From Longimicrobium sp. (GTDB taxonomy: Bacteria > Gemmatimonadota > Gemmatimonadetes > Longimicrobiales > Longimicrobiaceae): 49,970 nt of DNA. Positions 45,161 through 49,970 of this stretch are shown in pieces. The position numbers and the translations under genes were made by a program. The notes below the pieces were generated by a model. It made no database searches, was not told the DNA's origin, and saw only the letters and a list, made by a program, of their open reading frames with translations. Position 1 is the first letter of the stretch. Every line of letters starts with the position of its first letter. The stretch is from assembly GCA_035638875.1 (NCBI GenBank), contig DASQZE010000232.1, positions 1 through 49,970 on the forward strand, given 5' to 3'.

Positions 45161-45237
45161 TGGCGGGCTTCCGGCGGGCGCCCCCACCGCTCGCCGAGGC
45201 TCGCACCTCCCCCCAAAACCCTGGGGGAGGTTGAACT
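45161..45237 (+). repeat. Family B repeat, solo copy nearly identical to the DUF559-flanking repeats
   Basis: GGCGCCCCCACCGCTCGCCGAGGCTCGCACCTCCCCCCAAAACCCTGGGGGAGGTTGAAC. Confidence 0.9.
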
Positions 45238-45344
45238 TCATCAGTTGCAGAGCACTCGATGCGGAGCGGGGCTGGGCCGGGAGATGAACTCGCCCGTCTG
45301 TGAATCCACGGCGCAGGTCAAGCTCCGCCGGATTCATACGGCGG

Positions 45345-46046
45345 TCACCAGTCGCGGATGCCGTGGATCTTCGACTGGTCGCGCTTGAGCTGCTGGCGCT
45401 GGATGCCCTGCTCGCGCGCCTCGGCTCCGGCGAGGATGCGCTCGGCCTGGGCACGCGTCATCGGCTGGTCGTTGCCCTGCGCGCCCTGGCCGGGCTTGGG
45501 CTGCGGGGTGGCGGGCGAGGGCGGGCCCTGGCCTCCGCCGCCCTTCGGCTGCTCGTCCTCCTTTTCCTCGTCGGCCCCGCCGCCGCCGGACTGCAGACGC
45601 AGCAGGCGCTGGGCGAGTTCCAGGTTCCACTTGGCGTCCGCGTCCGCGGGGTCGATCGTGAGCGCCCGGCGGTAGCGGGCGATGGAGCGCATCAGCCGCT
45701 CGCGGTGCTGCTCCTGCGGCACGCGCTTGCCGGCGACGGGCGCGAGGTCCGCGTTGCCGGCGTTGTACTCCGCGCGCACGGGGAGCCCAGCGCGCGCGCG
45801 GAGGCGGGCGGCGGCCTCCAGGTGCGGGCGCGCCTCGTCGTGGCGGCCCAGGCGCAGCAGCGTGGTGCCCAGGTTGTAGCGCACGGTCGCGGACGAGTCG
45901 CCGTCGGCCATGGCGCGGCCGTACGCCTCCGCCGCGAGCCGGAAATCGCCGCGCCGGAAAGCGGCGTCGCCCTCCGCCAGTGCCCCGCCGCCGATCAGCA
46001 GCACGAGCCCGAAAATCGCGATCGATTTCATCATCATCATCATCAC
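45345..46046 (-). CDS. TPR protein (BatC-like)
   Basis: YNLG, YNAGN and DADAKWNLELA motifs; low-complexity linker; MTRAQAERIL; terminal DW. Confidence 0.85.
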   Translation of the reverse strand: MMMMMMKSIAIFGLVLLIGGGALAEGDAAFRRGDFRLAAEAYGRAMADGDSSATVRYNLGTTLLRLGRHDEARPHLEAAARLRARAGLPVRAEYNAGNADLAPVAGKRVPQEQHRERLMRSIARYRRALTIDPADADAKWNLELAQRLLRLQSGGGGADEEKEDEQPKGGGGQGPPSPATPQPKPGQGAQGNDQPMTRAQAERILAGAEAREQGIQRQQLKRDQSKIHGIRDW

Positions 46047-46125
46047 CTATCTACCTGCTGGCCTGCATCTACCTGCCGCCGGAATCGCCAAACGGGATCG
46101 TGCCCCGAAGGCACACACCCGTCCG

Positions 46126-46277
46126 GGCGAATGAATTCGCTGCAATAAACACACGAAGTCCGCCTGCGCGGACTGCCGGCTCCGCCCGTCACGCCGCCCC
46201 CGTGCACACGCCTCGCTCCTGACGGATTGTCCGCGGAGGCGGACAGCGTGACGTTGTAGCCGCGAATTCATTCGCTC
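46126..46277. repeat. Inverted pair of family A repeats (REPIN-like)
   Basis: Minus copy at 46126-46175 and plus copy at 46228-46277. Confidence 0.85.
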
Positions 46278-46321
46278 CCGTCTGCGGCTCCGGACGTCCC
46301 TCTCAATCCGCATCCCGCCCC

Positions 46322-47350
46322 TCACCCCTCCCGCCGCACGCGCCCCCGCTCCGCCAGCGCATCCGCCGCCACGAGCAGCAGCGCGAGGGCGAGCGGCCAG
46401 GCGTAGCGGTTGTCCGGCAGCGATTCGCCGGGGGCACGCGTGGCCCGTCCTCCACGCGATGCAGCCGCGGCTAGGATCGCGAGGGAGCGGGCATCCGTCG
46501 CGGCGGTGTAGGTGCCGCCCGTCGCCTGGGCAATGCGGCGGAGCGTGGCCTCGTCCAAGCGCGAGACGGCGACGCTGCCGTCCGGCTCGCGCTTGAAGCC
46601 GATGCGGCGGCCGGACAGCTCGTCCACGTCCGGCACCGGCCCGCCCGCCGCGGTGCCGATCCCCACCGTGTGCACGGGCACGCCGCGGCGCGCGGCCTCC
46701 TCCACCGACAGGTCCACCATCCGCGGCGGGTCCAAGGCCTCGCCGTCGCTCACGAGCACGATGGAGCCCGGAGAACCGCCCGGTCCGGCGGGGCCCAGCA
46801 GTTCCAGCGCGTGCCGCAGCGCGGAGTACAGCGAGGTGCCGCTCTGGTTCACGATCTCCGGCGAGAGCGCATCCAGGTACAGGTGCAGCGCCGGCGCGTC
46901 CGATGTCAGCGGCGACAGCACCTGCCCGCTCCCGCCGAACGCGACCAGCGCCACGCGCCCCCCGAGCCCATCCACCAGCGCCCGCGCCGCCTCGCGCTCG
47001 CGCTCCAGCCGGCTGGGGGGCACGTCCTCCGCCAGCATGGAGTTGCTCGCATCCAGCACCAGCACCACGTCGCCCTGCGTGGAGTCCGGCGGGGCACTGG
47101 CGGTGCCCCAGCGCGGACCGGCCGCGGCCACACCCAGCAGCGCCGCGGCGGGAAGGAGCAGCGCGGCGCGGCGGCGGGGGAACGCGCGCAGGTTCGTGCC
47201 GGCCAGGCGGCGGACGAGCGCGGGATCGCCCAGCGCCTCGGCCACGTCGCGCCGGCGCCGCCACCAGAGCAGGATGCCCACCAGCACGAGGACCGGCAGG
47301 AGCGCGATCAGGTGCAGCAGGAACGGGTCCGCCCAGCGCACGCCCGTCAC
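46322..47350 (-). CDS. vWA-domain protein (BatB-like)
   Basis: N-terminal BatA-type TM; DASNSM MIDAS; LVSDGE; C-terminal TM. Confidence 0.9.
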   Translation of the reverse strand: MTGVRWADPFLLHLIALLPVLVLVGILLWWRRRRDVAEALGDPALVRRLAGTNLRAFPRRRAALLLPAAALLGVAAAGPRWGTASAPPDSTQGDVVLVLDASNSMLAEDVPPSRLEREREAARALVDGLGGRVALVAFGGSGQVLSPLTSDAPALHLYLDALSPEIVNQSGTSLYSALRHALELLGPAGPGGSPGSIVLVSDGEALDPPRMVDLSVEEAARRGVPVHTVGIGTAAGGPVPDVDELSGRRIGFKREPDGSVAVSRLDEATLRRIAQATGGTYTAATDARSLAILAAAASRGGRATRAPGESLPDNRYAWPLALALLLVAADALAERGRVRREG

Positions 47351-48333
47351 GGCACCCGTCCCCAGCGCGTGGCGCGAAAGAGCATCTCCGCCACCAGCAG
47401 CGCCGCGCCCGCAAGGAGGAACGGCAGGTACCAGTCGCGCGTGCGATGGTAGCGGCGCACGCGCACGGGCGTCCGCTCCAGCCGGTCGATGTCGGTGTAG
47501 ATGCGGCGCAGCGTCTCCGTGTCCCGCGCGCGGTAGTAGCGGCCCTTGGTCGTCCGGGCGATGTCGGCCAGCAGCACCTCGTCCACGGCCGTCTTCGCAT
47601 ACGCGTAGCGCACGCCCACGCGGGTGATGGCAACGGGCACGCGCGCGACCGTGTCCGAGCCCATGGCGATCGTGTAGACGCGGATGCCCAGCGCCGCGGC
47701 CGCCTGCGCCGCCTGCCGGGGATTGATGTCGCCGCGGTTGCTGGCGCCGTCGCTCATCAGCACGACCACTTTCGACCGCTCCTCCGCCCGCCGCAGCCGC
47801 GCCGCCGACGCCGCCAGCCCGTCGCCGATGGCCGTGCCCTCGCCCAGCCCGCCGCTCTCCAGCCCGGCGACGGCCTCGGACAGGATGCCGTAGTCACGCG
47901 TCAGCGGCACGCGCGTCATGGCCTGCGCGGCGAACGCGACGAGGCCGATGCGGTCGTGCTCGCGCCCCTGGATGAAGCGCGCGACCGTCTGCTTGGCCGC
48001 GCCCAGGCGGTTCCGCGGGCGCAGGTCCTCCGCCAGCATGGACTGCGACACGTCCACCGCCAGGATGATGGCGATCCCCTCCGACGTCTCCTCCACGATC
48101 CGCGCGCGCAGCTGCGGCCCCGCGAGCGCGACCACGAGCAGCGCGAAGCTCATCGCCCGAAGCACGTCCGGGATCGGCCCTGCCCAGCGGCCCCGCCCGC
48201 GCGATGCCTCGCCCAGCGCGCGGGCCGGCGCGAACGCCACCGCGCCGGGCGCACGCCGCCGCAGCCACTGCAGCCACAGGGGGATGAGCAGCAGCAGGAG
48301 CAGCGCCCACGGGTTCGCGAAGCCGATGCTCAT
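47347..48333 (-). CDS. vWA-domain protein (BatA-like)
   Basis: FANPWALLLL, DVSQSM MIDAS, DRIGLVAF, GTAIGDGL and LMSDG motifs. Confidence 0.92.
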   Translation of the reverse strand: MSIGFANPWALLLLLLIPLWLQWLRRRAPGAVAFAPARALGEASRGRGRWAGPIPDVLRAMSFALLVVALAGPQLRARIVEETSEGIAIILAVDVSQSMLAEDLRPRNRLGAAKQTVARFIQGREHDRIGLVAFAAQAMTRVPLTRDYGILSEAVAGLESGGLGEGTAIGDGLAASAARLRRAEERSKVVVLMSDGASNRGDINPRQAAQAAAALGIRVYTIAMGSDTVARVPVAITRVGVRYAYAKTAVDEVLLADIARTTKGRYYRARDTETLRRIYTDIDRLERTPVRVRRYHRTRDWYLPFLLAGAALLVAEMLFRATRWGRVP

Positions 48334-49733
48334 CGTCCCGCCGGCGTCCGCGCGGACGTGTCGGAACCCGGGGACTCCGCCGATGCGGGGCGGTGGAACT
48401 CCGCGATCCAGCGCCGCGCCGCCTCCCAATCCTGCAGGGCGCGGGCGGGCGGCGGCGGGCGGCGCGCGAACTTGGCGAGGTCCGCCTGCGACAGCGCACG
48501 CTCCAGGGCATCCACGTCCGCCGCGCGGGCGCCCGTGGCGATCAGCCGGTCCAGCAGCTCGGACGTGGTCAGGTCCGCGCCCAGCTGCGGATCCGCCGTG
48601 GCGGCGAACGCGCGCAGGACGGTGCTCGTCTCCGCCGTGAACGCCTCCACGTCACGCTCCAGCACGCCTGACGCGCGCAGCCGGTCCAGCTCCGCGAGCG
48701 CGTGCTCCCGCGGGTCGGCCGGCGGCGCGATCCGTGGATGCCGGCGGCGGCGCCAGAGCCAGAAGGCGAGCAGCGCCAGCGCCGCGAGCACGCCGGCCGC
48801 GATCCACGCCCACGTCCAGTCGCGGCGCGGCGTTGCCACGATGTCCTTGGGCGGGCGCGGCTGCGTGGAATCCGCCGGCAGCACGGCGCGCACGAACGGC
48901 AGGGGGAGCTGGATGGGGATCGTCCGCGCGGCGCCGCCCGGCAGCGTGACGCGGGCTTCGGCGCGCGCGTTGGCCGCGGGGTCCGTGATCCACAGCACCA
49001 CCGTGGCGACGGCGCGGTGCACGCCGGCCGAGTCCGGCGGATACGCGCGCGACTCGCCGACCTGCTGATACGCCCCGTCCGCCGCGGCCGGCACCACCAG
49101 CGCGACCGTCGACCCCGCCGGCGCGCGCACGAACACCGCCGCACGAAAGCGGTCGCCCACGGTCACGGTATCCGGCTCCACCCGCATCCCCACGACGACG
49201 GCGGAATCGGCGGATGGGGCTCGGCCCTGTGCATCCACCGAAGCTACGGATGCAAGGAGGGCAACCAGGATGATGGCCACGATCCAGACGGGCGAATGAA
49301 TTCGCTGCAACAAACACACGAAGTCCACCTGCGTGGACTGCCGGCTCCTGCTCCACCGCATCCTTCCGGTGTACACGGGCTGTCCGTGACGGGCCAGTCC
49401 ACGAAGGTGGACTTCGTGCCTTTCCAGCGGCGAATTCATTCGCTCGGCCGGGACTTCGCCTTGGGCTTCGGTCCCGACCTCGGCACGGACTTCCCCTCGG
49501 ACATCGGCCCGTGCTCCATCTTCCGCCCCCTCCGACGAACGCCGCCTGGCACAGAGTCCACGCAGGTGGACTTCGTGTAGTCGTTGCGGCGAATTCATTT
49601 GCTTGGCCGGGACTCTGCCTCGAGCTTCAACTCGGCCTTCGGCTCCAGCTCGAACTTCACTTCGAACCTCGGCTGGAATTCCGCCTCGCTCGGCCACTGG
49701 TCTGGCCTTCGCCGCCCTCCGCATCCCGCTCAT
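48330..49733 (-). CDS. bat-operon membrane protein with repeat-derived N-terminal extension
   Basis: ATG overlaps the DUF58 stop; signal-like segment near aa 150; VTVGDRF, TM segment, ELDRL and ADLAKFAR motifs. True start uncertain. Confidence 0.75.
   Translation of the reverse strand: MSGMRRAAKARPVAERGGIPAEVRSEVRAGAEGRVEARGRVPAKQMNSPQRLHEVHLRGLCARRRSSEGAEDGARADVRGEVRAEVGTEAQGEVPAERMNSPLERHEVHLRGLARHGQPVYTGRMRWSRSRQSTQVDFVCLLQRIHSPVWIVAIILVALLASVASVDAQGRAPSADSAVVVGMRVEPDTVTVGDRFRAAVFVRAPAGSTVALVVPAAADGAYQQVGESRAYPPDSAGVHRAVATVVLWITDPAANARAEARVTLPGGAARTIPIQLPLPFVRAVLPADSTQPRPPKDIVATPRRDWTWAWIAAGVLAALALLAFWLWRRRRHPRIAPPADPREHALAELDRLRASGVLERDVEAFTAETSTVLRAFAATADPQLGADLTTSELLDRLIATGARAADVDALERALSQADLAKFARRPPPPARALQDWEAARRWIAEFHRPASAESPGSDTSARTPAGR
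49291..49603. repeat. Three family A repeats inside the ORF
   Basis: 49291-49340 (-), 49396-49445 (+), 49555-49603 (+). Confidence 0.85.
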
Positions 49734-49970
49734 CGGCGCAGCCGGCGCTCCCGGCGGCGGAAGAACGAGAGCACGGCGTTGGAGACGGGCCGGTCCGTCC
49801 GCAGCTCGATGTCGTCCATCCCCAGCCGGCGGAACAGGCGGCGCAATTCCGTGCGCTCCGCCTGCGCATCCTTCGTGAAGCGCTCCGATGCCATGTCCGT
49901 GTCCACGTACGCCGCGCGTCCCGTCTCGGGATCCATCACCCGCAGCACCCCCACGTCCGGCACCTTTGCA
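49730..49970 (-). CDS. DUF58 protein, C-terminal part
   Basis: PDVGVLRVMDPETG...VDT...FRRLGMDDIELRTD...FFRRR; position ahead of the bat genes. Confidence 0.8.
   Translation of the reverse strand, partial: AKVPDVGVLRVMDPETGRAAYVDTDMASERFTKDAQAERTELRRLFRRLGMDDIELRTDRPVSNAVLSFFRRRERRLRR

Overview
High-GC bacterial chromosome segment. The gene order and the pinensin-like precursor suggest Gemmatimonadota (Longimicrobium-like); this is an inference. The backbone is housekeeping, mostly on the minus strand: TPR-GGDEF (partial), rsmI, trxA, mce, clpB, glpQ-like, MATE, M14 peptidase, heme peroxidase, nadK-dxs, ispA-xseB-xseA-folD-ymdB-rny, zapA-pheT-pheS-rplT-rpmI-infC, a MarR pair and a DUF58/vWA (bat-like) operon. 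Accessory content: (1) a 10.0-13.1 kb locus of four secreted Cys-rich peptides, one missing from the ORF track and two others given over-long starts there. Two have CS-alpha-beta/scorpion-toxin-like cysteine spacing, and two beta-hairpin-like paralogs flank a lipoprotein and a beta-propeller lipoprotein. (2) A DUF559 nuclease gene between ~85-bp inverted repeats inserted between xseA and xseB, with gene-less copies of the repeat elsewhere. (3) An orphan lanthipeptide-like precursor. (4) Two more dispersed repeat families: nine REP-like copies with covarying stems (three read in frame inside a CDS), and (GGGAATA)n-ended MITE-like elements. (5) Several decayed toxin-antitoxin or immunity-like modules. 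No rRNA, tRNA or CRISPR array was seen.
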